Positions 49,135-59,415 are shown, counted from the first letter of the stretch. The stretch: DNA of 61,269 nt from Candidatus Magasanikiibacteriota bacterium (GCA_052033375.1 JBPOJQ010000004.1:1-61269), one strand, 5' to 3'. Notes: generated by a model from the letters alone, not told the origin. Made by a program: numbers and translations.

Positions 49135-49266
49135 CGGTGGGCACACAAACAGCCCCGCACGATTCATCGTGACGGGGCTTGACTTTTTTTAGTGCGCACA
49201 TAGTACGCACATATAGCTCATTTAATTTCTTGTGTTAATACACGCCATTACAACACCATTCAAATG

Positions 49267-50766
49267 TTACCCTTTTTTCCCAGGCATTACTGATTTCAAG
49301 AGTTTTCGAATTGTCATTTTTCCATCCTGTTTGAGCGCATCCCGAATATGGAATCTCGCGCTATGCGTCTTTACTATCTTCAACCAATCATGACTGGGAA
49401 GTTTTCGATTCTTATCAGTGACAATTTCTACCACATCACCATTGTTCAGTTCGGTATCAAGAGAAACCATTTTATCGTTTATAATCGCCGCAGTACATTT
49501 ATTTCCAATCTCAGAGTGTATATGATATGCAAAATCAATTGGTGTTGCGCCTTCCGGCAAATCAATAACATCACCTTTTGGTGTAAATACAAAAATACGA
49601 CTTTGCAAAAAATCGACCTTAATCTCTTCAAGATCTGACAATTTATTCAAAATATCTTTCTGAATCTCGGCCAACTCTTTGACCCACTTAATTTCTCTCG
49701 ATGGCATTCGACTACCATTTTCAGCATAATGCCAATGTGCAGCGATACCAAATTCTGCATTTTCGTCCATCTCTTCAGTTCTAATTTGGAATTCTACTAC
49801 TTCACCTTCATCTCCAAAGACACTTGTATGAAGTGACTGATAATCATTTGGTTTTGGTTGAGAAATATAGTCTTTGATTCTACCCTTCATCGGAGTCCAT
49901 ATATTGTGGAGAATGCCCAACGTCGCATAGCACTCTCCTACGGTTCCCACAATGATTCTAATCGCCACCAGATCATACACTTTGTGTATGTCATTATTTT
50001 TACGTATGAGTTTTCGATAGAGACTATATAATCGCTTATTCCGCCCCTGGATTGATATTGAGGCAATACCCGCTTTTTTCAATTCTTCGTCTGCTTTTTT
50101 AATAATGGTTGCAAAATATCTCTCTTTTCCTTGCAAGCGCTCATCTCGTATTTTTTTTACTCGCTCATATTCTTTTGGGTATACGTGCTTAAACGAAAGA
50201 TCTTCCAATTGCCCCTTGATATCATCCATACCCAAACGATTTGCAATGGGGGCATAGATCTCAAGACTTTCGAGTGCGATTCGATATCTTTTTTGTGGCG
50301 GTAGCGCATCGAGTGTTTCTAGATTATGAATACGATCAGCAAATTTGATAATCATTACACGGATATCTTCAGCCATGGCCACAAACATTTTCCGTAAATT
50401 CTCGATATAACGCTCGACGCCACGATATTTTAATTTACCCAATTTGGTAATACCACGGACCATTGAAGATACTTCTGATCCAAAATTCTTTTCAATATCT
50501 TCGAGTGTGCGAGATGTATCTTCTGGCACGTCATGTAATAGGGTTGCAATAATAATAATCGGATCAATTCTAATATCTGCGAGAATATATGCTGCTGAAA
50601 GTGGGTGTGTAATGTAGGGTTCGCCTGATTTTCTCGTCTGTCCACGATGTGCCTCTTCAGCAAAATCATAGGCAAGTCGTATCATATCAAAATCAGCATT
50701 CGGATTATACGACCGAACGATCCCAATTAATCCTTCAATTGACTCATTTCTATTTCTTTGTGTCAT
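49267..50766 (-). CDS. rel: RelA/SpoT family (p)ppGpp synthetase/hydrolase ending after the TGS domain
   Basis: AHRGQ.RKSGEPYI.HP, LLHDVPEDT, IKFADRIHN, RIKDYI, YQSLHT, EFQIRT, FTPKG..TPIDFAY; start reassigned to MTQR. Confidence 0.9.
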   Translation of the reverse strand: MTQRNRNESIEGLIGIVRSYNPNADFDMIRLAYDFAEEAHRGQTRKSGEPYITHPLSAAYILADIRIDPIIIIATLLHDVPEDTSRTLEDIEKNFGSEVSSMVRGITKLGKLKYRGVERYIENLRKMFVAMAEDIRVMIIKFADRIHNLETLDALPPQKRYRIALESLEIYAPIANRLGMDDIKGQLEDLSFKHVYPKEYERVKKIRDERLQGKERYFATIIKKADEELKKAGIASISIQGRNKRLYSLYRKLIRKNNDIHKVYDLVAIRIIVGTVGECYATLGILHNIWTPMKGRIKDYISQPKPNDYQSLHTSVFGDEGEVVEFQIRTEEMDENAEFGIAAHWHYAENGSRMPSREIKWVKELAEIQKDILNKLSDLEEIKVDFLQSRIFVFTPKGDVIDLPEGATPIDFAYHIHSEIGNKCTAAIINDKMVSLDTELNNGDVVEIVTDKNRKLPSHDWLKIVKTHSARFHIRDALKQDGKMTIRKLLKSVMPGKKG

Positions 50767-50926
50767 ATAATTCAATGTATCACCGACGTCCTCTTTTGGC
50801 AAGAATTAGAGAAATATTATGTTTCAAAATCTGCTTATTTTTGATAAAAATTCACCAAAATTACGATAATTTTTATTGTACAAAAAACCAAGCGCCCTAC
50901 ACGCTGGTTGTAATATATGGAAATAT

Positions 50927-51790
50927 TTATATAATCTCTTCTAGAATACGTTTCAATTCTTCTCTCGTATGATACTCGATAACAATCGTACCTCGATCTC
51001 CTTTTCTCGTGATATGAACTCTCGTATGCAACCTATCTTCGAGCATCCGCTCTTGTGCACTCAAATTCGGATCACGACGTACAGAGCCTTTTCGTGATTC
51101 AGCACCTTTCCCTGACACCTCTGCCTCAAGCGCACGAACACTCATCATTTTACCTGCGAGACTATTGAATACTTCTAGCTGCTCTTTTTCATCCTTCAGA
51201 CTCAATAATGCCCTCGCTTTTCCTGCATTGATTTCTCCATTAATCAATGCTTTTTGAATTACTGATGGAAGATCAAGTAGTCTGATCGTATTTGCCACGG
51301 CAGGACGACTCTTACCTACCTGTTCTGCTACCTGCGCTTGTGTCAAATTAAATTCTTCCATAAGACGCGAGTATGCATATGCTTCTTCAATCGCATTCAA
51401 TGCCTGACGCTGGATATTCTCAATCAATGCCAACTCAAGCTTTTCTTGTTGCGTGGCTGTTCTTACAATCGCCGGTACTGTCGACAAACCTGCAATCTGT
51501 GATGCACGAAGACGTCTTTCACCCGCAATCAATTCATACCCGCCATCAGATCTCTCTGTCACTACGAGAGGTTGGAGGATACCATGTTTCTTTATTGATG
51601 CAACCAAATCTTCCAAATCCTGATGGTTGAATTCTTTTCGAGGCTGTTCTGAATTTGGTGTGATTTCAGTTATTGAGATCTGAAGTATGGCATCATTCTT
51701 TTGTGGTACCAATCCCGTTTCTTTACGAATAATATCTCGTACTTTTTTTTGTTGTGGAATAAGAGAGCTTAAGCCCTTGCCAAGTGCCAT
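50927..51790 (-). CDS. parB: Chromosome partitioning protein ParB/Spo0J
   Basis: MALGKGLSSLIP, QPR, GILQPLVV, IAGERRLRA, ENIQRQ.LN. Confidence 0.95.
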   Translation of the reverse strand: MALGKGLSSLIPQQKKVRDIIRKETGLVPQKNDAILQISITEITPNSEQPRKEFNHQDLEDLVASIKKHGILQPLVVTERSDGGYELIAGERRLRASQIAGLSTVPAIVRTATQQEKLELALIENIQRQALNAIEEAYAYSRLMEEFNLTQAQVAEQVGKSRPAVANTIRLLDLPSVIQKALINGEINAGKARALLSLKDEKEQLEVFNSLAGKMMSVRALEAEVSGKGAESRKGSVRRDPNLSAQERMLEDRLHTRVHITRKGDRGTIVIEYHTREELKRILEEII

Positions 51791-51800
51791 ATAGAAAAAA

Positions 51801-52565
51801 TTATTGATGACGTTCTAAAATTTCTCTCGCAAGCTTTTCATATGCTTTTGCACCCTTGCCACTGGGTTCGTATTGCAAAATCGATTGGCCAAAACTGGGC
51901 GCTTCGGCCAAGCGTACCGTACGAGGAATTACTGAACGAAAGATATTATTTGGGAAATATTTATATAACTCAGTCATTACTTCGGTTGATAATTTCGTCC
52001 TCTTATCAAACATGGTCAAAACCGCACCCAACACTTCTAAATCAGGATGGATATGCGTCTGTACTAATTTTACTGTTTCCAATAATTGTCCCAATCCTTC
52101 AAGTGCATAATATTCTGCCTGCACAGGTATCAATAGCTGATCTGCCGCAACCAGACTATTCACTGTAAGTAATCCAAGTGAAGGGGGGCAATCAATAAAA
52201 ATATAATCGTATCCATGTCTAATTTCACTCAACAATTCTCGCAATTGAAATTCTCGATTATCAACAGATACCAATTCGACTGACGCGCCAGCTAGATTCT
52301 GGGTAGCCGGTGCAATACGCAATCCGACATGACCTGTATCGCAGACCACATCTGAAATATTTTTCTGTTTTGCTAATGCCTCATAAATTCCATGCACCAC
52401 CTCGCTTCGGTTGACCCCAAGTCCACTTGTTGCATTACCCTGAGGATCCATATCGACAATCAGAACCATTTTTCCGAGCTCGGCCAAAAAAGCCGCCACA
52501 TTGACTGTGGTCGTAGTCTTTCCCACCCCTCCCTTTTGATTAACAACTGAAATGACTTTTGCCAT
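51801..52565 (-). CDS. parA: ParA/Soj ATPase
   Basis: NQKGGVGKTT, DMDPQGNAT, IDCPPSLG, PVQAEYYALEG, EAPSFG; start reassigned to MAKV. Confidence 0.95.
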   Translation of the reverse strand: MAKVISVVNQKGGVGKTTTTVNVAAFLAELGKMVLIVDMDPQGNATSGLGVNRSEVVHGIYEALAKQKNISDVVCDTGHVGLRIAPATQNLAGASVELVSVDNREFQLRELLSEIRHGYDYIFIDCPPSLGLLTVNSLVAADQLLIPVQAEYYALEGLGQLLETVKLVQTHIHPDLEVLGAVLTMFDKRTKLSTEVMTELYKYFPNNIFRSVIPRTVRLAEAPSFGQSILQYEPSGKGAKAYEKLAREILERHQ

Positions 52566-52649
52566 AGGTATTTTACTGCATACAGTATAGCATATCGTTG
52601 ACAAGTGTACGAGTACAGGCTATACTCATCTTCACAAATAGTACAAAAT

Positions 52650-52733
52650 GCCCAGGTGGTGAAATTGGTAGACACGCGGGACTCAAAATCCCGTGATAGC
52701 GATATCGTGAGAGTTCGATTCTCTCCCTGGGCA
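52650..52733 (+). tRNA. tRNA-Leu(CAA), long variable arm, no encoded CCA
   Basis: GCCCAGG..CCTGGGC acceptor; CGGGA-CTCAAAA-TCCCG anticodon arm; GAGAGTTCGATTCTCTC. Confidence 0.95.
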
Positions 52734-52738
52734 CTATG

Positions 52739-52762
52739 AAGAAGTCTTATATAAGACTTCTT
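52739..52762 (+). terminator. Palindrome after tRNA-Leu
   Basis: aagaagtcttat|ataagacttctt. Confidence 0.65.
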
Positions 52763-52857
52763 TTGATATATATTTCTTGACTTTTTGGCTTTATTACGAT
52801 AGTATCTGTGCCAAACCAACAGCCCCGTCAGAGGCATTGTTCCGGAGGTTCATCACC

Positions 52858-53484
52858 ATGCTCTGCGCTGAAATCTGGATCCCGCGAAGGGGAAACATAC
52901 GCGTCTCCCCACAGATCAAACTCACAACAACCTTCTGCATTCAGATTGGAGGCACCCCTCAACGGAGGGTACCTGGGATATACATCCCTCTGAGTACAAG
53001 AGCACAGCATGTCCACACCACACGTGAATTCATGACGACTACACTACCAGACGGTAGTGAAAAAATCGTCTCTGAATCTCGATACTTGTCTGGAGGTCAA
53101 GTCATTCCCCATCCGGATGGCACAAGACTACTCATCGTAGAACACTCAACTGCCTCTCTGGTTCCCGACCAGATACTCGTCGTAGTCCATCTGGAATCCG
53201 GGTCTGGAGTAGGAAACCAAAGCAGCGCGTTCTTCACGACGCAGTCGACTGCACACATCCTGATCCAGGGCTACAAATACCGCCGACCAGACCCCGCCCG
53301 GTATGCCACACTCGGTACCATTGGCGATGTACTCGCCATCATGCGCCCAGGTGAGCATCTCAACTGGAAACGTTCCGGAACCGGACTGGCACAGACCGAA
53401 GGGAACATGTACTACTACGGACGAACACTGGGTGACACAAACTTCTTTGGACACATTCCACCTGGTGCTACAGAAACCGGATGA
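52858..53484 (+). CDS. GC-enriched ORFan (208 aa)
   Basis: ATG 52858 after ggagg; TTGACT-17-TAGTAT at 52777-52805. Confidence 0.6.
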   Translation: MLCAEIWIPRRGNIRVSPQIKLTTTFCIQIGGTPQRRVPGIYIPLSTRAQHVHTTREFMTTTLPDGSEKIVSESRYLSGGQVIPHPDGTRLLIVEHSTASLVPDQILVVVHLESGSGVGNQSSAFFTTQSTAHILIQGYKYRRPDPARYATLGTIGDVLAIMRPGEHLNWKRSGTGLAQTEGNMYYYGRTLGDTNFFGHIPPGATETG

Positions 53485-53591
53485 CTGTGGTATACACGAG
53501 GTCGTGTGTCACGCGCACATACAGCGCGTGCCACCCGACCTTGTTCACATACGTCATATATTGAACCGGTAGCACGAGGCTATCGGTTTTT
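53482..53591 (+). terminator. Long imperfect hairpin plus intrinsic terminator after the ORFan
   Basis: acgaggtcg..cacgcgc-acataca-gcgcgtg..cgaccttgt; then aaccggtagc-acga-ggctatcggtt plus T run. Confidence 0.6.
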
Positions 53592-53678
53592 GAATACCGA
53601 GAGTGTACAAAAGCACGATGCTATGCTAGACTCCATGTCATCTTTCGAGTACCATTCTTCAATAAAAAATCCTATTCT

Positions 53679-54644
53679 ATGAAGCCCATATATTATGATT
53701 CATTGATTGTCGTAGGTATTATCCTCGGTATCAGCACGTGGATTGGATTTTTGCTATTTATCCCTCTTATTTCTGTAGTATCGCTCATTGGTGTCATACT
53801 GATCGTCTGGAGCAGTTTTATCGAACCGAAAATTATACAGATACGTCACATTCCTATCAGACTCTCCAAAGTACATCATGATTTTACCATCGCCGTGCTC
53901 AGCGATTTGCATGCGGGTCCATATAAAAAGACTGATTTTTTTGAACGTGTTGTTTCTGAAACAATTAAACTACACCCTGATATAGTGGTGCTGGTCGGAG
54001 ACCACACATTTAATTGTGAACCTAATCAAGATGAAATACATTATGTATCTCCCCTGACAAAGTTAACAGAAAAATATCCAGTATACGCGGTCCACGGAAA
54101 CCATGAATATGGACTGGGCGCCCATATCAGGACTAACCCAGAAAAAAAACGATATGCTGATATCAGCGGATATGTAAAAAAAACACTCCAATCATATGGA
54201 GTAACATATCTTCAGAACCAAATGATCACCATTTCAATACGCAATCAACGATTTCACCTGTTTGGTGGTGATGAAGTATGGGCAGACACACTCAATTATT
54301 CATCGCTTAATAATCGCGATATCACACTTCCCCTTATTTCTCTCATTCATAATCCTGTGTATCTCTATCACCCACATCCACCAGGAATGGATCTGACAAT
54401 TAGCGGACATACACATGGAGGGCAGCTTCGACTCCCCTGTATCGGTCCACTCGCACGAGTAGACACAGTGCTCCCAAAAAAATTATATCAGGGACTTCAT
54501 GAACCCGAACGAAAAGGAGAATATCTTTTTGTATCACGCGGACTCGGAGAATCAGAACCCCGAGCACGTCTTTTCTGTATGCCAGAAATTACACTTCTTA
54601 CGGTTAGTGGAATGCCCACACCACATACATCACACGAAATATAA
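53679..54644 (+). CDS. Membrane-anchored calcineurin-like metallophosphoesterase
   Basis: SDLH, VGD, GNHE, HNP, SGHTHGGQ motifs. Confidence 0.92.
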   Translation: MKPIYYDSLIVVGIILGISTWIGFLLFIPLISVVSLIGVILIVWSSFIEPKIIQIRHIPIRLSKVHHDFTIAVLSDLHAGPYKKTDFFERVVSETIKLHPDIVVLVGDHTFNCEPNQDEIHYVSPLTKLTEKYPVYAVHGNHEYGLGAHIRTNPEKKRYADISGYVKKTLQSYGVTYLQNQMITISIRNQRFHLFGGDEVWADTLNYSSLNNRDITLPLISLIHNPVYLYHPHPPGMDLTISGHTHGGQLRLPCIGPLARVDTVLPKKLYQGLHEPERKGEYLFVSRGLGESEPRARLFCMPEITLLTVSGMPTPHTSHEI

Positions 54645-54664
54645 CCAGCCACCTCTACTGTCGG

Positions 54665-55714
54665 TTAGCGTACCCATTCATAGTTCGTGAATGCCCAGTC
54701 TGCCAATGTCATAGCGTCAGTAAAACGCGTTGTTTCATTTTCTGACCCTAGAATGACAGTGATAATTTGACGTTCAGGACTTTTTGAAAACTTACCCGCA
54801 AAATTATACTCCGACTCTATAATATACCCTGTTTTTCCAACTACTGGCTCAGCGAACTCATTGCGGACCCACTGGGTGAGTAACCAATTAGTATTTCGAA
54901 TTGTAGTTGTTTTTCCTGTTACTGAAGATCGATGATCGACCCCATGTATACCTAATATGCCTGCAATGTGCTCATGACGGAGAGCCTCGGCAAGCAATAG
55001 AGCTGCGTCTGAAGCGGTGGATAAATTCCCTGCATCAATTCCCGTAGGTTCAGTAAAATATGTGTCCGACATACCTAATTCAATAGCTTTCTCATTCATC
55101 CTCGCGACAAATGCCTCGCGTGTTTTTCCACTTGCATCAACAAGAGTGAGTATTGCCCGATTAGAGGATCCAATCAATGCAACTTGAAACCATTCTTCAA
55201 GTGAAGTTTTATCATAGGCAAATATGTGCGAATCATACACGGTATCATCTGGTGCAGAAGCCTCCGTATTCCAATCAGAAATACTTTCTTCAAGAACGAG
55301 TGCACTCATCAATTTTGTAATACTTGCAAGCGAGTGAGGAGTGTACTCATTTTTCCCAAATAACACCTCGCCAGTGACACTATCTTTTACCAATACAATA
55401 TCAGCTGAGATATCTCTCATTTCAAACGGAATAAACATATCGCGCTTCTGTGGCACATGTATACTCGAGGCGATGTCTCCCCCGATAATATATGGGCGAT
55501 ACTCTTGTATTCCTTTTACTTGAGCTAACGGTGCATTCACTGCTACGAGTGTTTGCGCTGTCTCAGATACAGTAATCGGCTCATATACGCGCGCGTGGAA
55601 TACAAATAATCCCCATCCTGTTGCCACAGCAACAAAAAAAACCACACACACCAAATTCCTCCATGTGTTAGGAGAAATCAAAGTCAATTTTTTTCGTATT
55701 GTCATTTTTTCCAT
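54665..55714 (-). CDS. D-alanyl-D-alanine carboxypeptidase (S11)
   Basis: ASITKLM (SxxK), SSN (SxN), GKTG; N-terminal TM. Confidence 0.9.
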   Translation of the reverse strand: MEKMTIRKKLTLISPNTWRNLVCVVFFVAVATGWGLFVFHARVYEPITVSETAQTLVAVNAPLAQVKGIQEYRPYIIGGDIASSIHVPQKRDMFIPFEMRDISADIVLVKDSVTGEVLFGKNEYTPHSLASITKLMSALVLEESISDWNTEASAPDDTVYDSHIFAYDKTSLEEWFQVALIGSSNRAILTLVDASGKTREAFVARMNEKAIELGMSDTYFTEPTGIDAGNLSTASDAALLLAEALRHEHIAGILGIHGVDHRSSVTGKTTTIRNTNWLLTQWVRNEFAEPVVGKTGYIIESEYNFAGKFSKSPERQIITVILGSENETTRFTDAMTLADWAFTNYEWVR

Positions 55715-55732
55715 ATATGCCTATATTGCATG

Positions 55733-56287
55733 TCATGAAACATTCGATGAACTATCTTCTTTTTCAACTTGATTAAAATAAGGATGCTGATGAATTTCAC
55801 CATACTCTGGTAATTCTTCCACTTTGGTAACCCCCAATTGCCTCAATGCGGTTATAGAAATGGTGTAGGTAGGAAGTACACTATCGTGTGATTCATGTTC
55901 CTCAATCAAATCACGAATCAACAATGTTCGAAGAATCACAGCGCAATTTACCCCTCGTATCTCTTCAATTTCTGGTCGTGTAATCGGTCCCCGATATCCT
56001 ATCACTGTGAGTGTCTCCAGCTGTGCTTTGGTAAGTTCCCCAAGAATATCTCGTGCAACAAATTTCTCGACTTCTTGAGCATTCTGTGGATTGGTCACCA
56101 GTTGCACAGTGTCTTCCACACGAACGCAATGGACCCCGCATACACCGGTGTACTTGTCACTCACTGATGATAACGCACCTTCGATATCCCCCTCGCTCAC
56201 CTCAAGTGCACGCGCAAGTGCCTTTATTGTAAGTGGCTTTGAGGCTACAAACAAAATGGATTCGAGAATACTTACAATATCTTTCAT
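55733..56287 (-). CDS. scpB: SMC-Scp subunit ScpB
   Basis: ILESILFVA, LTKAQLETL..IGYRGPITRPEIEEIRGVN; start reassigned to MKDI. Confidence 0.93.
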   Translation of the reverse strand: MKDIVSILESILFVASKPLTIKALARALEVSEGDIEGALSSVSDKYTGVCGVHCVRVEDTVQLVTNPQNAQEVEKFVARDILGELTKAQLETLTVIGYRGPITRPEIEEIRGVNCAVILRTLLIRDLIEEHESHDSVLPTYTISITALRQLGVTKVEELPEYGEIHQHPYFNQVEKEDSSSNVS

Positions 56288-56291
56288 ACAA

Positions 56292-56978
56292 TTATACTTT
56301 AGCAATATGTATATCTGAAAAGGCTTGTGTCTGATCGAGCGCAATCTCGCGTTGCTTTACTAGCTCAAGCAGTGCGAGAAAACTTACAATAATTTCTGTC
56401 TTAGTTGCACCATGCCCTACAATATCAGAAAATTTTGCCTGGCTTTCAACTTCTAATAATTTTTTCAATCGTGAAATAGTCTCCTTCAAAGACACTGTGC
56501 GATCGATTCGAGTTTCAGGCAATGCCTTTGGTGGCGCCAATCGTTTGAGTAAATTTGCAACACTCATTCTCCAATTCTTGACTGTAAGATTTTCCGGTAC
56601 GGGAATTGTGTGTGGAAGATGTGGGGGCTCTATTCTCACATACCCGCGATACGGTCCGAGCCACTGTGCGTCAATTTTTTTACTCACGCCGACAAAGAGG
56701 CGATATATTTTCAATTGTTCTTCCAGTGGCTTGCCCTCATCTTCTTCTGGCTCAATTGAAAATAACAATCGCTTTGATTTGGTGAACAATAATTTTGCAG
56801 CAATCACGAGAAAATCTGCCAATTCATCTGGATTTGTTTCTTCAAGCTCCTCAAGATAGTGAAGAAATTGTTCTGTCACTTTTGATAAAGAAACTTCGCT
56901 TATTTCCATCTTTTGATCCTGTATCAGACCAAGCAAGAGGTCTAATGGACCACTAAATTGTCCCACTTTTATATCCAT
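56292..56978 (-). CDS. scpA: SMC-Scp subunit ScpA
   Basis: FSGPLDLLL.LI, ADFLVIAAKLL..KSK, IVSFLALLELVK. Confidence 0.93.
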   Translation of the reverse strand: MDIKVGQFSGPLDLLLGLIQDQKMEISEVSLSKVTEQFLHYLEELEETNPDELADFLVIAAKLLFTKSKRLLFSIEPEEDEGKPLEEQLKIYRLFVGVSKKIDAQWLGPYRGYVRIEPPHLPHTIPVPENLTVKNWRMSVANLLKRLAPPKALPETRIDRTVSLKETISRLKKLLEVESQAKFSDIVGHGATKTEIIVSFLALLELVKQREIALDQTQAFSDIHIAKV

Positions 56979-57021
56979 ACGTACACTCTAGTCTAACAAA
57001 CATTACCCTTGGTCGCAAGGC

Positions 57022-58677
57022 TTACTGGGCAAATAATTGAAATGCGTTGTGATTGAAATATATTATCCTCACATCTTCATTCACATTTTCAATACGAATA
57101 CTCGCTCCTGTGTGATCACTTTTTCTAAAATCTTCTAATATAAATTTTGTATTGTACATCTCTACCGTAGGTAGTCCTGTAAATACATGGCCCCTACTCT
57201 CTCCAGAAAATATACATCTATCTGCACTATCATCCTTACACTCACCCGCCACGACTACCGGAGTTTCTTTTGAATACCCCTCTGATAAGAGTGGCGACAT
57301 CAGCACACGGTCTCCATTGAATTTTCCATACCCCAATAATTCTAGTGCAAGGAGGGTCCCATTTCTAAACAACTGGGCACCTTCAATTCGATCTGGTAAT
57401 CCCACAAGTATAATCGGTGTGTCAGTCGTAGTGGACACATATTTAATCGTTGGTAATGTTTCTCGCACAATGCGTCCAGCCTGCACCCATTCATTATTTT
57501 TTTTCTGAACAGGATTAATGCACACCACTACTATAAGAACTAGAACTCCTATATATATCTTATTTCCCCCGCGAAAACGACTTAGAATATAATGCAGACA
57601 ATATGCTATCCCCAAAGAAACAAATAATGAAGGTAGATATGTATAGCGCTCCCCCTCGTTACTCAGTGCATTATAGTGGAGCGTAAGATACGGGATAAGT
57701 GCAGAAGCATAACCGAGCGTAATTAATACTATAGCGGATATCTGTTTTCTACATACCCATAGAATGCCCGCATAGATAACTATAATACACGCCACAACGA
57801 TATGGCTATAGTCCATGATTCCAGCAACAATGCTCTCTCTCAGTGGATACGACAGAAATACACCTACTGTCATCCGAATCGCCATTTCAACCATTTCTGG
57901 TAATGAAAAAATCAACGATTGGCTGCCGTAATACCCAAGCACCACTCCCGTTGTATATCTACGCATCACCATGTACACCAGAAGAATCGTAATCAGCGGC
58001 ACATAATATTGCAGCACATGTACTAACGTTTTTCTTACTGCTATTTTTTTGAATGAAACAGTCCCAAACCATACATCAATAAGAAAAAATAGTGCAATAA
58101 CACTAATACCTATTTCTTTTGTAAATAGGGATCCAAGCACCAAACCGCATGCCGCAATATAATACTTCACTTTTTTTTGTGACGAAAACACACTATAGCA
58201 ATACAGTGCAGCAACATAGAACGCAGTTGCTATCAGATGCGGCTGGCTCGATACCCATGCAACCGACTCAACATGACTTGGGAACGATACAAACAACAGT
58301 GCTGTGGCACTCGCAATTAGAAAAGACTTTGTCAGTCGACGGGTAAATCCGTACCACCCGAGAGCTGTAACAATCATGGTAACAATACTGACTGTATGAT
58401 ATCCGACTGGTTGTAGGTGAAATATCTGATACTGAAGAAATAATGTAAGGTTCCACATCGGTCCATAACTGCTTCCGACCGTAGTTCCCACAATATTAGT
58501 AACAAAGAATTGAAACAAATTTTTTGTATCTTTGACGACCGACACCGCATGCCAATCATCGCTCAAAAATCCCACCCCGAGTGTCTGATAGTACAACAAA
58601 AAACCTAGTGTCACGAGAGTGATACCCACTAACCCGTGCTGTATCCTAGGTTTTCTTATATAGTCCCTGAGATGCAT
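57022..58677 (-). CDS. Multi-TM GT-C-type (ArnT/PMT-like) glycosyltransferase
   Basis: FLSDDW, ALLFVSFPSHVESVAW, SLFTKE, GERYTYLPS. Confidence 0.75.
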   Translation of the reverse strand: MHLRDYIRKPRIQHGLVGITLVTLGFLLYYQTLGVGFLSDDWHAVSVVKDTKNLFQFFVTNIVGTTVGSSYGPMWNLTLFLQYQIFHLQPVGYHTVSIVTMIVTALGWYGFTRRLTKSFLIASATALLFVSFPSHVESVAWVSSQPHLIATAFYVAALYCYSVFSSQKKVKYYIAACGLVLGSLFTKEIGISVIALFFLIDVWFGTVSFKKIAVRKTLVHVLQYYVPLITILLVYMVMRRYTTGVVLGYYGSQSLIFSLPEMVEMAIRMTVGVFLSYPLRESIVAGIMDYSHIVVACIIVIYAGILWVCRKQISAIVLITLGYASALIPYLTLHYNALSNEGERYTYLPSLFVSLGIAYCLHYILSRFRGGNKIYIGVLVLIVVVCINPVQKKNNEWVQAGRIVRETLPTIKYVSTTTDTPIILVGLPDRIEGAQLFRNGTLLALELLGYGKFNGDRVLMSPLLSEGYSKETPVVVAGECKDDSADRCIFSGESRGHVFTGLPTVEMYNTKFILEDFRKSDHTGASIRIENVNEDVRIIYFNHNAFQLFAQ

Positions 58678-59386
58678 ATGAGCGAATACGAATAATATCA
58701 GCTATAATTTTCCACCCGTGTGTCAAAAAATGCACTCCTCCCCTACGTGTCACACACGCAGGTTTTAGTTGTACTGGCAATTCTTGATACGTCAGCCAAT
58801 TCTCTTCTGCAATCAGAAAAATTTCAATATCGAATACCCATCGATTCGTACGCACAAGAGAAAAAATAATTTCAGCTGCAGATCTTTTGAATATTTTTAA
58901 CCCACTCTGGGTATCAGAAATATTCCTGAGTCTCCGGGGCAATAATAATCGAAATACACTCGTACCAATTTTTCGATACAACGAATACTGATTCTGTATC
59001 CGATGAGCAGCGGTTCTCGTTCCATAGACAAACGATACTCCACTATTTTCTTCAAGCACACGAAAACCATTCTCCAGGGCTGCAATACCATAAGGAATTT
59101 CTACATCGGTAAACGCCACTATTGAGCACTGTTCCCCAACTTTCTTCAATCCTTCGCGTATTGCATATCCTTTACCCATGTTTGTTGCATATGTGACAAT
59201 TGTAACCGAAGACCTATGTTCTATATAGAATTTTTCCAAGAGCACTCCGGTCTCATCAGTACTTCCATCGTTAACAAAAATAATTGAGTAGTCTTTTACT
59301 ACCGTATGTAGCTCGCGAAATGTCCCAGGTAAATATCGTGCACCATTGTACACCGGAATAATGATCGTTGGGTTTAGTCCCATCAT
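58646..59386 (-). CDS. GT2 glycosyltransferase (polyprenol-P sugar synthase-like)
   Basis: IIIPVYNG, FVNDGSTD, NMGKGYAIREG, DTQSGLKIF, RWVFDIEI. Confidence 0.9.
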   Translation of the reverse strand: MMGLNPTIIIPVYNGARYLPGTFRELHTVVKDYSIIFVNDGSTDETGVLLEKFYIEHRSSVTIVTYATNMGKGYAIREGLKKVGEQCSIVAFTDVEIPYGIAALENGFRVLEENSGVSFVYGTRTAAHRIQNQYSLYRKIGTSVFRLLLPRRLRNISDTQSGLKIFKRSAAEIIFSLVRTNRWVFDIEIFLIAEENWLTYQELPVQLKPACVTRRGGVHFLTHGWKIIADIIRIRSYASQGLYKKT

Positions 59387-59415
59387 AGTTTATATTCCAG
59401 GTTATACAGTACGAT

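Noticed and set aside
5961-53554. ORFan 3' hairpins as integron attC sites
   Set aside because: I could not find RYYYAAC/GTTRRRY boxes at the hairpin ends. The cassettes have their own promoters, are not arrayed, and no integrase is present.
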